Notes: generated from the sequence alone by a model not told the origin. Positions 1 through 13,003 are shown, numbered from the stretch's first letter. The stretch: 64,000 nt of DNA from Guillardia theta CCMP2712 (GCF_000315625.1 NW_005434529.1:69154-133153), one strand, 5' to 3'. Translations and numbers: made by a program.

Positions 1-80
1 ATGATGATGATGATGGAGATGATGATGATGGAGATGATGATGATGATGATGATGATGATGGTGATGATGGTGGTGGTGAT
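1..80. repeat. (ATG/GAT)n microsatellite, truncated by window edge
   Basis: Direct reading: atgatgatga...ggtgatgat. Confidence 0.9.
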
Positions 81-199
81 AATTTTGGGATCAACGACGA
101 CAAATCGTCAACTTACATGCATTCTCATGTCATTTGAATCGTCGGGCTGTACCCGTCAAGCCAGATAAGAAGATGAAACGAGAAACGACAAAGAGTTTA

Positions 200-3100
200 C
201 CACAATATCATCTTTCTTCTTTTCTGCCGGAGTTGAGTTGGATCGGTTGATTACTGATAGTACAACATGTCATTTCTCATCTCTTTCTCCTCAACTTTGA
301 GCTCAAACTGACCGGAACTTGAAGTTGGAACATCTGTATCTTGAGTTGGCTGAAGAATCAATGTGTCATGTCAACAAGCATCTCTTCATCGCATCTCACT
401 TGACTTGTCTTGCTCGTTATCGCGTTCATCATGGCGTCTAAGGTTGTCGATACCTTCAAAGAAGACATGAGGAGCAAACATCAGCACAAGACCTCGCTAA
501 CTTTGTTCTGCTGGTTGGTCGTCTTTGCTTGCAAGACTTTGGCCTGAGAAGGATAAACAAGACAACAAGACGACCCATATGACAACAAGACATGATGACG
601 AAAAGACAAAGAGCAACGAAACATGATGACAACAAGACATGATGACGAAAAGACAAAGAGCAACGAAACATCATGACGATATGACAACGAAATAAGATGT
701 GACAACAAGACAACATGACGATAAGAGAACAATATGACAAAACATCTACATCAAAAAGAGAACAAGTTGTGATACTTCGAGCTCTTTCAGCTTAGGGTCG
801 ACAGGGTCAAGCTTCATGGCTTCTTGAACATCACGATGCGCCTGTTCGATGATACCATGTTGCAGAAGAGTAGCAACTCTTGCCTTGATCTTGTTGATTC
901 TGAGAAACCAACAGTAAGGACAACATGATACAGGGTCAACAGAAACAAACAGCATCGGTAGCATTGATACATCCTCCTCCTTTCTCCCCCCCCTCCCGCT
1001 CCCTCCTCCTCCTCCTCCTCCTCCTCCTCCTCCTCCTCCTCCTCCTCATGATCATGATCATCATCATCAAACCACCATTTTCGTCGCTGCCGTCATTTCA
1101 TGCACCTTCACCTTTCCTCTCCCCTTACCTTTCGAGTTTGTACTTCAAGTCGACATGTTCTACATGGACATCAATAGAAAGGTTCTTGTAATCAGCCTTT
1201 GGTCTCTCACCTGATTACAATTATCAACATGTACAACATCTCATCACTCATCTCACATCTCATCAACAACTCTGATGAGATCGCACGAGACATGTCAACG
1301 TCCAAACTTGCAAGGATTGTCCTCAAAGTCGGAACATCCCTTTTCCGAGATGGTTGAAACTTAACAGCTCGATCGACATCTGTCTTTAGAACTCTCTGCA
1401 GCTCCAACTCTGTCACACCAATCCCGAGTCCCTTCGCACATGTCAACACAAAAACAAACATCTTGTTCCTTTCAACAACCTGAAAGGCTTTACAAACAAT
1501 GGCAATGTCAGCTCCTGTCCCTGCAAATATCATCATCATCAACACGACGTGCTTCATCTATTCTCACATCTTCCTTCTTCTCCGCTGAAAGCGTGATAGA
1601 TGGTGTCCAAATCTTCGTGCCTCCTCCAGGCAGCTTTGCAAATGTTGCGGGTCACAATTCAAATCAACAAAAGATCAAACTTCTCACCTGCTCGATCATT
1701 CTGCTCACTGATCATGAATGCTTCTTTCGCGGTCTTGGAACAAATCAATTGGCTGCCCATTCGACATGTCAAGGTTTGCTCACAGAAGCCTTGAGGTTGT
1801 AGAGATTGAGCTTGTTTGCCTGTTCTCTTGTCAGCAACAAACAGGAAGCGATGAAAACAGTTTCAACCATCTCAGTTCTCCTCCTTGTGTTACATCTGAC
1901 TGCATTCACTTCCTCGCTGAAAACTCCCATCTTGGTGAATTTGTGCTGAGAGCAGTTGATGAGTACAAGTAGAAGGCGACGAGGAGAGAGATCCTTTACG
2001 TTCAGCTTCTCGATGTTTGTGTTGATCTTGCATAATTGCTCTGTTGCTTGCACCAGGAACTCTTTCTGTTAACAAACTTGATCAGGCAACAAGAGCGGAG
2101 AAATCAAAGTGAAGATCCGAACTTGGAACTGCTCGTTGACTCCATGATGTTTCATCTTGCTTTGAACGGTAGCACCAAGGAAGTCGATACTGAGTTGTCA
2201 TGGTAAGGAAACAACACCCTGTGCAATCATGGAGTTCACTTCAATTTTGTGCGCGGGCTGGGATAGTGAAGGTTCAACCCAAGAGATGACTCGAACTCTT
2301 TGATATCTTTCCGCTGAAGAAGCAATCAGGAAGGAAAAAAGATGAGATGGTAATGGAGCAATCAACACAGTTAGGAGGCTGAGGTGAAATCCCGAGAAAG
2401 CACCTGCTGCAGATGCAAGGCATGTTCTTTCATAGCGTCGTCCACGTTCTGATCAAGGAAGTTCAACCCGTGTCAGTCAGAGCAAACATCCTGCCTCAGT
2501 CTTGGACTCTGTCGAAACAAGTCAGTCAGTCTCCGACTGAAGTTCACAAAACATGTCGCAACACCGTCTTCTCTTCCATGAAGGATGTCTTGCAGCCTTG
2601 ACGACTCACGATCTTGGAAAAAGTCGAAATGAGAGGAAATCATCATCTTCCTACCACTGGATGTACTCACTCAACTCATGGATTATCTTGGAAAACCCTT
2701 CATTGGGTGTGATCAAATCACTCTCTGATAGGAACGCGATCAACAACAACATCTAGCGCAACTTTGACTGCTCCGTCAGCATCATACTTGACTTGTCAGA
2801 GTATAACGGGTTCCTCAGGATGCCCCCTGTCCCGATGTCGGAAGCAAGTTGGATCTGAGGGGAGAGCAAGTTAGTAAGAGCAAATGGAAGAGGAGGAGGA
2901 GGAGGAGGAGGAGGAGGAGGAGGAGGAGGAGGAGGAGGAGGAGGAGGAGGAAGAGAACGACAACGACGACGACGACGAAAGGAGGAGGGGGAAAAGACAG
3001 GGGCCGGGGGCCGGGGGCGGCGCGGGTGGGGGCGGGGGGACGATGAAGTGGAAGAGGAGGAGCAGGATGAGGAGCAGAAGGGGGAGGAGCATGATTGGGA

Positions 3101-3306
3101 GAAGCAGGAGGTACAGGAGGAAGACCAGAAGGAGGACCAGGACCACGAGGACCAAGAGGACGAGCAGGAGCAGGACTAGGAGCAGGAGGAGCTCGCTGAG
3201 ACATGTCTTGTTCACCTTTCTGCGGAGCTGATCTTCTGCCATTCGATCCGCGGGAACAACCTCGTTGAGCTCCACAAGCTTCGGCCATTGATTCTTGTTT
3301 GCCATG
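200..3306 (-). pseudogene. Degenerate multi-exon gene of unknown family with a TPR-like exon
   Basis: Exon-like pieces with GT/AG borders, e.g. MANKNQWPKLVELNEVVPADRMAEDQLRRK|gt and a TPR-like KARVATLLQHGIIEQAHRDVQEAMKLDPVDPKLKELE (~780-900). One frame near 2480-2610 is broken by several TGA codons. No family motif recognised. Confidence 0.35.
2887..3190. repeat. Compound (GAG)n/(GAC)n/G-rich low-complexity tract, probably intronic
   Basis: Long gaggaggag run followed by gacgac and ggggc tracts. It produces spurious poly-E/poly-L/poly-S ORFs. Confidence 0.85.
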
Positions 3307-3885
3307 GCTGCTCTGAACCGCCGGCTCCAATGCTGCAACTAGTCCCTGTCCTCCTATCCTCTTCCTCTTTCTCCGTCTCTCTCCTTTCTCAACAAAGTCT
3401 CTTCGTGCATTCTAGGAACAGCTTTCTGTCGAATCTGCGTCACATCGTTTGTCTCCTCTCCCCCCTGCCTCTCTCCCCCTTGTCTCCGTTCGTCATCTTG
3501 CATGATTTCTCTGCTCCCTCGTCTCATCCTCTCCCTCCCTCCCTCCCTTCCTCCCTCTCCTTCCCTCCTCCGGGCCTCATTATTGTTTCCAGCTCTGCAG
3601 CATTTCGCTTGTCAACGGCCTGAGCGGTTTTACAGTTAGTCAGTTTGATGAAACAAATTCCAAAAAAAACAAAAAAAGAACTTGATCTAGAGAGTTTCGA
3701 CTGAGCTAATAGTCTTTAAAAGACTGAGCTAATAGACTTTAAACGCTTTAATTAAGATGTTGATGTTCCTTAGGCTACCGCCCGCCCCGCTCCTCTCCAT
3801 CTCGTCTCCTTCGACTCCCAGTCAACGGTCCACTCAGGAAAGCTCCCGACCCCCCATGCCACTCCCGGCGACAGTCCTCAGGTTC

Positions 3886-6800
3886 TCACCATTTCGACTT
3901 GCCAATGGTCCACTCGGGGATGAGTCCCGAGGTGACGGGCGAGAGGTCCCCTAGGGAGCTCATGGAGCTGGGGCCAGTGATGAGATTCTCAGGGTCTTCG
4001 CTCAGCCACGGCATCGAAAGGATCTCGTCCAGTCCAAAGTTGTCCACCGACTCTGAGCGCTTGTGCCCGTTGGAAGGCGCAGACTGTCCGCCGTTGCCGA
4101 CAAACGCGTCCCCCGAGGACGCGAAGGAGCCAAGAGAATGCTGGAAGGATTCGGCTGAGGGTGCAAACGACTCCAGAGGATACAAGTCTGAAGGATGAGA
4201 GAATGAGTCTCGTAGCAGGCCCGACCCCTCCATGTCCTGTACACCGTAGGAAGGATTCAGGAGGAAGGAGGACCCAGCGTGCCCTGTCATCCCAGCTCCG
4301 CTCATCGAGTCTTTCGTACCATCCAGCGAGTGCAGGAGGAGGAGGTTCGAGTCCTCGGAATACGCTGAGATGCCCGCGTCCTCTCCTCGTCCGACCCCGC
4401 CGAGACCTGCGATGCCGTTGGGCTGCAAGAGGGTCTGGCCAGACGGAAGGGACGATCCGTTGGAGTAGTGCGACCTCAGCGGCTGAGGGTGCTGGCTGTT
4501 CTGAGACGCGAAGGTGTTAGGAAGGGAGAAGGAGTTCAGCTCCCGGCTGCCCTGACTCGAGATCCCCAAGAGCGACTGACTAGCAACAGCCGACGAGCTG
4601 GAGGATACCGGCATCGACTGTGAGCTGCTTCCGTTGGCGTTCATCGAGAAGGCTGACATGGCGCCGAAGTCGGTGAACGACTGGAGAGGGATGTCAACAC
4701 TTGGAGTAGCTCCGTTGGACAGGGAGGAGTGGCTGGTGTTCGAGCTCAGGTTGAACTCACTGCTCCTCTCGCCGCTCTGCGCCAACAACGACGCGCCGCT
4801 GCCGTTTGACGTGCTTGACCAGTCCGCCTCAGGCAGGTGGTCATTGCGGTGGTTGTTGGAGTTGGTGACCCTAATGTGCTTGGGAGCATGTCTGGAGCCC
4901 GTGCTTGTAACCAACGGCCGTCCACCCTGATTCTGATTCCCGTCTTGTCCGGAGAATCTGCCGTTCGACTTGGAGCTGTGGGCAAGGTGGTTGGCTTCGC
5001 GGAGTTTGACCTGCAGCCGCGAGATCGACTTATCCAGCTCCTTCTTCCTCGTTGGATCGACCTTCGACGCTCGGAACAATGTTTGCAGCGCCTGAGACAA
5101 CCTTCCAGCCTCCTCGTGCTTTCCAGCCAGACTCACTAGAGATTCGTACTTGAGATTCACTCCTCCAACCATCAGCTCCTGTGAGCTGCGCTCGCACACG
5201 GCCAGAGCCTCCTCCAGTTCACCTAACACCAGCCGGACCAAGGTCTCGTCGACCGGGTCTTTTCGGAAATCTCGAACCTCCGACAGCGCGGCTGGAAGCG
5301 ACAACCCGAAGCTCTGGGAAGCTCCTTTCCTTGCGCAGTGCAAGATGCACTGCCTCTGCTGGTCAACCACTTTGGACACTTCAGTCTTCGACATCTTGAT
5401 TCCCTGGAAGAGAAAAATAAGTCACTCACTCGTTGGGACTGAGTGATCCTCGAAGGGACCTGATTGAGCAGAAGGCGAGAAAGAGCGTAGACTGCTTCTT
5501 CGTACATACCATCGTGGATGAGTTGTGCTGCCTTGTCCCTGAAAGTCATTGTGTTGAGTTGAGCAACTGATCAACAAGGAATGAATCGAACCGCTCTTCC
5601 TTCTCAAGTACTTTGGGATCAGGTTTCTTGACTTCTGGCTGCTCGAGTTTCTTCTTTTCATCCTGATTTGAGAGTCAGTCACCAGTCGTGGAAGGGATAG
5701 CCTCTGACCTTGACGCGTTTCTGATTCTCCCGAGCAAGCTGCTCTTTGCTTCTTTGCTTCTCTTCCTTCTCCTTCTCCTTCTCCTTCTGCTGGGCTTCTT
5801 TTTCTTTCCGTTTGTTGGCCTCCTGGATCGCCTGAAGCAGCAGCTTCACTTGAAATAACAAAGAGGAGGTGAATCACCAAGGCAAGTGCTTGCTCGGCCG
5901 CTATTGCCTTTTCTCGCTCTTCCTCTTCACGTTTGAGCCTTTCAGCTTCCTGCTTCATCGCCTGCCTCACGTTTACCAAGAGCGCAATCGAAACTCATGC
6001 GAGGCAACCAGGAGCTGCTCTCTCTTTTTCCTTTCCTCCGCTTCTCTCTTCTTGGCAGCAGCCTCCTGCAGACAACCCCATCAACTTGGGAGACATACCA
6101 CATGACGTTCACGATTACCTCTGCCTTCCTCCGCACAGCCTCCTCCCTCTCCTGCGCCTGCTGCACCTTTCGCTCTTGTTCCTTCCTCTGCCTTTCCTCT
6201 CTCGCTTTTCTTTGTCTCTCCTCTGCTTGTGCTCGTTTCAGCGCTCGGGCTTCTTCATCAAGTCGGCGCTGCTCCTCAAGCGCCTTTTCAATCTTCAACG
6301 CTTCCTCTGCATCGCGCTCCTTGAGAGCATACTGCCCAGAGAGAGTTTCCTCCAGTTTGCACTTGATGTCCTTACATTTGACCATCTTTTCGTGTCTGAT
6401 TGCACCGTCCGATGATGGATCTCGTTGCAGTTGTTGTTCGAGAAGCTTTGCAGCGCTGTCAATGTGGAAGATTGCCTTTTGACAGTCTGCAATACATGAA
6501 TCGCTGTGGCCGACCGAGCAAGTCATGGAACCTGCCTCAGCCATCCAGATTAAGATCTGCACATTGATGTCGTCTAGATCTTTCATAGCCACTATATCCG
6601 TCTCTGCCATCTTCTCACAAGTCTTCAAGGCTGCTTCATACTTCGCCATCCCAGCTAAAAGAACAGGAGATCCAACCCGAGAGTCACGGATTTGCTCGAT
6701 TCGAGCCTCGAGTAAAGGTGAAAAGATGTGCTTGTCCTTTTTCTTCCATGCTGCCCATGTTTGCGAGGCAACAGTTACGGGGCGATGTACGTCAGTCAGT

Positions 6801-8808
6801 CTTTGTAAATATGAGTGCAAATCAGCACAAGATTCGGAATCTGTACTAGTAGCCAAGTGCGTCAGAATACTATTATCTCGGCCAAGTCGTAATTCCAAGA
6901 TCTGGTCGTATCGCATGGATTCCGAGTATTCCACCAAAGTCTCAGTGAACCATTTAACTGCTTGGACGTGCCGAGCCTCACTTGCATTTCGTTTTGCAAT
7001 TTCAAGCGAGCAATCCCTCTGCCGAGATCTTACCTCCTCAAATTTCTCATGATTCAACCATCGCAAGACACCACTGGCAATCTCGGAATAAATCTTTAAC
7101 GCGTCATCGTATTCATTTGCTTTGAAGTGCGAGTCAGCTTTTTGCAGCTAAGGGCTCAAAGTCAAAAAAAATCAACATTGTAAGGAGAGTATGAGTACCT
7201 GACTTTCCAATTGCGCAATCCGTCTATCTGCTTCTTTCTCGGCTTTCTCATTCTTCGCGTTTGGAGGACTAGGAACACTTGCTCCTGTTGGAGGGGCAAC
7301 AGGAGCCGAGTTCGACTGAGCTTTACCATGATTGGATTGTTGACGAACAGTTGTTTGTGGGACTGTACTGTTAGCATCTGTTCCCAGCGCTTGAGACTTC
7401 TCTATCTCACAAGTACATCCAGATTTGAAATTGTAGTTCTGCTGAGAGTAGTAGTAATCTTCACGCAGTGCATTGAAACTGTTAAGATCCACTTCATCAT
7501 CGTGATTAGATGTTGGACTCAAAGCCCCAACGCATCGATAGCCTGCTATGACGACAACGAAGAGAAAGCAATGGGCACAAGTAGGGAAGCTTGTGGGATT
7601 CATCCAAGTCTCAATATCGTCCAGCGGAGCATTTGAATTGCCTATGTACATCATAAATCCAGCAAGCAACACAAAGAACGACAAGACTGGGTTCCAGTTG
7701 ATGCCCTTTTCCCTCTGACTTTGAATTTTTTCATTTGACCTGCGCGCAGACTTCTGTTGCGTCGCCTTGTCGAAGAAGCCGTCCTGATCGTCTGAGTCAA
7801 AGTTGAAAAAGCTGGATTGAAAAATCGTGAGCGGAGCAAGATAATCGAAGATTTCCGGAAAGACTCTTTCAATGCCATCGATTATCACAGGAAACACATT
7901 GCTGATTCCAAAGAGCTGTTGCCGTACTTGTGCAGCTTTGATGATTCTGCGAGTACGCGATGTGCGACACCCGAAGCTCCAGACCTTGTTCGATATGCAG
8001 ATACAATTAGATGTTGAACAGCTGGAAATCAGCATAGAAGGTCGGTCCCCCCGCAAGTTTCTGCGAGTTGGATCTGCTCCCAATTTGCACAGAACTTCAA
8101 CGAGCTCGGGATGACCACAAAGGGCACTCATGTGCAAAGCCGTGCTCCCTTGCAAATCACTCTCCTGAACCCCAAGTCACGTAACCCTCATCGAAGATCT
8201 TCCTACTTTGAGCACAATCTCACCTGAACCGAGATCCCACGTTTTCGCGCAAGGTTATGCAGTATCACCGGACCGAGTTCAAGCAATGGGGCATCTATCC
8301 TGGCCCCTTGTTCTAACAAGAAAGATACAGCATTCCCCAACCCAAAGAGGCAGCATGTGCACATCGCAAGATCCAATGCTTCCTGTAACAATGCACGTTC
8401 AGCATCGATCAATCTATCACTATTCTTAGACCTGCTCATCCATCCCATAGAGATCTGCCAAGTGATCGGGATCAACTTCGCCAAGGACCCATTGCTGCGA
8501 CACGTCACTGATTCGAAGAAATGACGAGGAGTCTTACAGTGAGCTCCTCCTCCATCCTTTGCGCACGATGTATATGTTGACTGCGTAGGAATGAGACAAG
8601 TTGGCAGTTGATACGATACATACCGAAATAGGTCTTGCAAATCCTTGTCATAAGGTAAACGAAAGAAAATGTTATCAACTCTTCTGACGGATCGAAATAT
8701 GAATACTTGTTGACAACAGGAAGTCAGTATATGAGAAAATTGTGTGTTGCAATTCTTACATGCCAAAACGACGGCGGCAATGGTTGACAAAACAATGAAC
8801 CAAATCAT
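3886..8808 (-). CDS. Multi-exon membrane protein: N-terminal hydrophobic segment, ankyrin repeats, two TM helices, TPR and coiled-coil regions, Ser/Gly-rich disordered tail
   Basis: Ankyrin consensus GSTALHMSALCGHPELVEVLCKLGADPTRRN. TM segments VLSFFVLLAGFMMYIG and CFLFVVVIAGY. TPR-like ADSHFKANEYDDALKIYSE and AAQLIHDGMYEEAVYALSRLL. The junctions checked (e.g. ~7199-7148) join in frame across short GT-AG introns. Confidence 0.7.
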
Positions 8809-9949
8809 TGTCTGAGCCTGTGATATATCCAATGAGTCAGACTCAGTGAAGAGGACGAAAAAAACTAATTCGAAATGTGCAAGACCTATGACACCCACTC
8901 GTGTCTTACGAAGTTAAAAACGATTTTGCGCTAGATCGCGGACTAAACTACGGCAAGGAGAAATAGGATAGTCCAAAAATAGCACTAGCGCTGACATTTT
9001 TCACTTTTAACTATCCAACGCTTGTCCAATCGTCTTGATAAAAAAATATCATTCTTCCAAACAAAACATCACACAATCGCACTGCACCCAATCACTTTTT
9101 CGACCAATACATGTCAGAATCACCACCCATGACACCCTTTAGAAGGGCCATAACCAAGTTAAATCCTGATCAAGACGCTCTGCCCACGGCCCACCTCCTG
9201 CTACAGCATCTACTCTCATGTATCCTCTACCTCCCAACGTCACTGCAATGTTTCATACCAACTACACCAATAATCCTGTCTACATTCCATCAGGTTATCA
9301 AGCCCCTGCCCTCCCAGTTTCTTCTCTCTCTAGTAAATCCTCACCTAAATTTGATCAAGCTCTCACTTTTGAACTCTTTGTGCCATCCCATCTTGCTCTG
9401 CTCTACGATCTTTCCTGCCTCTCTGCCCCACTTTTCATGCCGCTCTCCTCCTGTCTCGCCCCCTCCCACTCAGCATCAGCCATGCCGCCACGGCTTCTCG
9501 GAACTTCCTGGACTCGATATCGCTCCTGGCACTCTTTGGCATTTTTTTAAAAAGCAAGATTATAGCATTACAACTTAGTTTTGTCTCATGTATAAGCTCT
9601 CCAAAGAAAGTTGTAAGTGGATATTGTAAATTAGTACCATAGTTCCATTTTGTCTGGAAATGGTACAAATTATGCTACTATTTGTCAGGGGGTCGCAGTT
9701 TTTATACGATCCCTTTGTGTATCTTCATACCACTTTTAATTTTAAAGGTATAAAAGTTATGTTCAGTCAATTACTTCAGTACAAATCATATTTACATTTC
9801 GTGCTTAAAATTAAAATTCTCCCCGTGCGAGCCAGGACATCCACCACCCCTGTATTCCTCTCTTTGCAAACCGGTAGCGGGCTAGTCACAAGTAAGGTAC
9901 CCACCCCATGCAGACCTCCAAGAAGATAGGGAAAAGGGGGGTACCATAT

Positions 9950-10550
9950 TCCGGGCCAAGAATTTACTAGTACCGGGCCCGGAAGTTCACCGTCCGAGGC
10001 TGGCGCCAGTCGGCATTGAGTCACTGAGTCACTGGATAGTCCGTCGCCGGATCCGATCTGATCCCAGATGCAGTGCGCGGCGGCCGGCGCGGCCCGGGCG
10101 GCGCCCCGCGGCCGGTCACTGGTCACCGTCACCTGTACTTTACTCAAAGTCAAATTAAAAAGAAGTACGAGGACGGGGGAACCAGTATTCAGGCTGCCAC
10201 GGCCGCGCGGCGCGCCTTCCGAGTCCCGGACTGAAGTGCCGCGTCACGGCGTGCAGCAGTGACTGAAGGCAGTGCCCGGCCAGACTCTGTGCCTGTCACT
10301 ACTAGCCTAGTAGGCTCAACTTGCCGCACTGCGGCAGTGCTAACTAGTAAGTCACGGAGTCCGGCGGCCGCGGACTCCGATTCGGGACTCGGAGTCGGGA
10401 GTCCCATCCGATCATCGGATGATCCGGGATCGAGTCAACGGTTGACGGTGACTCGCCGGCAACTTTGAAGTTTGGAACTTCGCTAGTGACTCGGAAACTT
10501 TGAAAGTCCCGGAGTCCCACCCCTATCTTTGAGCATGACTCAGTGATTCA
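9950..10550. other. Intergenic CpG-rich island of overlapping odd-centred palindromes
   Basis: CTACTAG-C-CTAGTAG (10299-10313), TGCCGCA-C-TGCGGCA (10322-10336), CATCCGAT-C-ATCGGATG (10405-10421), GTCAAC-G-GTTGAC and others. Confidence 0.75.
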
Positions 10551-11625
10551 AGGAGCAGGTAGGGGGTATGTAACACTACCCCACCCTACCGTTTTACCCC
10601 CCAGCTGTTGGATGATGCCGGTCAGAATACCCCCATGTGTGAAAAGGCAGGGGAAGGTAGTGTAGTATCCTCAGAAGTTCACCAAGACTACTTTATGATT
10701 TCCAAAAATCATGGTATAGTTTTAAAGTTTGAAGAAAAATTTGTATCTTGGTGAATCCGATTGATGTAGACCGAGAAAGAGGGCGAAGTAGGGGTTCGTG
10801 GGAGCCATGGGGGTGGGTAACGGGGGAGAAGAGGGTTGATACATATACATGGGTAGGGGTGATCAAAAAGTATGAAAAGGATGGGTGAAATACAGGGAAA
10901 ATATGGGTGGGGGTATACGTTCTACTCAGAGGGGGGTGGGGTAGAATAACTGGGGGTAGGTGGGAGACAAAAGCGCGGCAAGCGCATGCTGACTGGGAAA
11001 GTGGGAAATGGAGGCATCGATGAATATGAAATGTTGAAAGCGAAGTGGCGACACGTTATCATAGAGGGCAATGAGAAGGAATAACAAATTCTGAAAATGA
11101 GATTCATGAGAGGAAAGGTTGAGCATAAAGGGCCTAGACGTGAGGAGAGATGCTGAGAAACTGAGAAATTGAATGGATGGTGAGAGTGGTAGATTGCAGG
11201 AAGCGTGGACTGCACCATGTATCTTTACCAGCATTCTCTGTCTCATATGTCTCCCTTGGAAAGTGCAATTCGCCTCTGTTCTTTCGGAAAGTGCACGGAT
11301 GATTGTATTTGTTACACCCTTCGACGAGCTCGAAGGTCTAATGCACTGTAGAAGTTGTGATTGTTTGCGTAACGTGACCCTCCAAGATACCTGCATTTGT
11401 CTCTTGCTTTGTTAGAAGTTCCCCCATTTTCGCCCTGCTAACCATGCTCTTTGTTCCTTGCAGATTCGCCGGGGACTCCGAGACCCCACTTCTTCGGGGA
11501 AACACATTTCAAGACTTCTGGAAGCTGGAGTGGTTCACAATTTGAAAGAAAACTTCCCAATCTTGGCAAGAACAGAAGGTATCTGATATGCACATGTGCT
11601 TCTTGAAGGTTGACCCGTTGTCAGA

Positions 11626-12310
11626 ATGGCAGGGATTGCCCGGTCTAGATTGACCGAAGAGCGCAGATCGTGGAGGAAGGATCACCCTGTAGGATTTTTT
11701 GCTCGTTTGGATCAGAATCCAGATGGAAGCATGAACTTGATGAGATGGAAGTGCGGGGTTCCGGGCAAGGAAAACACCATCTGGGCAGGGGGATTGTTCG
11801 ACATCACAATGGAGTTCTCTGAAGATTATCCGCATAAACCCCCAAAATGTCGATTTCCAGCCGGGTTCTTTCATCCGAACGTTTACCCGTCTGGAACTGT
11901 ATGTCTAAGGTTGGGTCTATCGCTATGGAAAGGCCTGGAGCTGATGAATTCTCCAGCATCTTGAACGAAGATGAGGCGTGGAAGCCGGGTATCACTATCA
12001 AGCAAATCCTGCTCGGTAATCCAGATGGCTATTTCTCACTTGACACAGTTTTGATTCTTCGAAATTGATTGACAATGTTGCCGATTCTACTCTGACAATA
12101 TCTCTTTAAAGGGATTCAAGATCTTCTGGACTCTCCTAATCCTCTCAGTCCCGCACAGGAAGATGCGTAAGCTGATTTTTGCATTCTTGTCACGTCTCAT
12201 TTGGTTACAGCTACAGGACATATATGAACAACAGGCAAGAGTACGAGAGGCGAGTACGCTCTCTCGTTCTACAATATCCTCCAGATCGTCTACTGAGGTT
12301 GGGAGAATAA
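11626..12310 (+). CDS. UBC9: SUMO-conjugating enzyme E2 (Ubc9)
   Basis: [24 protein letters not shown]...[16 protein letters not shown] with catalytic Cys. Introns 11910-11956, 12016-12111 and 12167-12210 give a continuous UBC fold ending in TAA at 12310. Confidence 0.96.
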
Positions 12311-12904
12311 CTGAGATTCAGCCGTTCTTGAACTCTTCACTTTTTCCGTTTCTTTGATAATCCAATCATGCTTCAACAAACCTTGACCTGAGTCAGTAAA
12401 TTGAAGGCGCATCAGATACGTTAGTGCACAGGGCTGCATGGCACCAGTGATATTTGATTTCAGACCTTCGCAAAAACTTGAACTTGGAAAGTTATAACCG
12501 TCCGGTCACCGCGGCCGTCAACGGCCGCGGATCATGAGTCGGGTGTGACTCTCTGAGCAGTTCAAGTTGCCGCCGGGCCGCTCATCCGTCCCGGGCCCAG
12601 GTCCGATCCGAGCGAGCCGCACTGGCCGATGCCATGATCCCGGCCGCGGGGGCCCGGCGGGCCGGCCCGGCGAGCCCCGCCCCCCCCCCTCTCCGGTCAC
12701 TGGCCCGACTCGGTGGCAGATGTGGCGGCCATCATCATCGGGCCGGCCCGCGGCCGCCCACCGTCCGAGTGACGCGCGGCCGGAGTCAATCCCCCGGACC
12801 GGGCCCCGGGCCGCCCGCCCATGATCGAATTCCCGAAGGTTACATGATCAGTTACAAAATATGCACGTGCCGAAGAGTTGGTTGTTGATGTTTTAAGAGA
12901 GCGA

Positions 12905-13003
12905 CAAGGCAAGACAGGACAGGACAGGACAGGACAGGACAGGACAGGACAGGACAGGGCACGGCAAGGCAAGGCAAGGCAAGACAAGACACGACAAGAC
13001 AAG
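12905..13003. repeat. Compound pentanucleotide microsatellite (GACAG)n/(GGCAA)n/(GACAA)n
   Basis: Direct reading, immediately upstream of the KRI1 ATG. Confidence 0.85.

Noticed and set aside
3699-3743. ~23-bp tandem duplication GACTGAGCTAATAG(T/A)CTTTAAA as a transposon footprint
   Set aside because: Two adjacent copies with no intervening element or terminal repeats; simple slippage suffices.
9111-9578. Small ORFs in the C-rich block upstream of the ankyrin gene
   Set aside because: No recognisable motif or splice structure; composition resembles intergenic DNA.
9776-10468. Pro/Gly/Arg/Ser-rich ORFs over the palindrome islands (also 12518-12888 and 16318-16899)
   Set aside because: Open frames expected from very high GC; no coding features.
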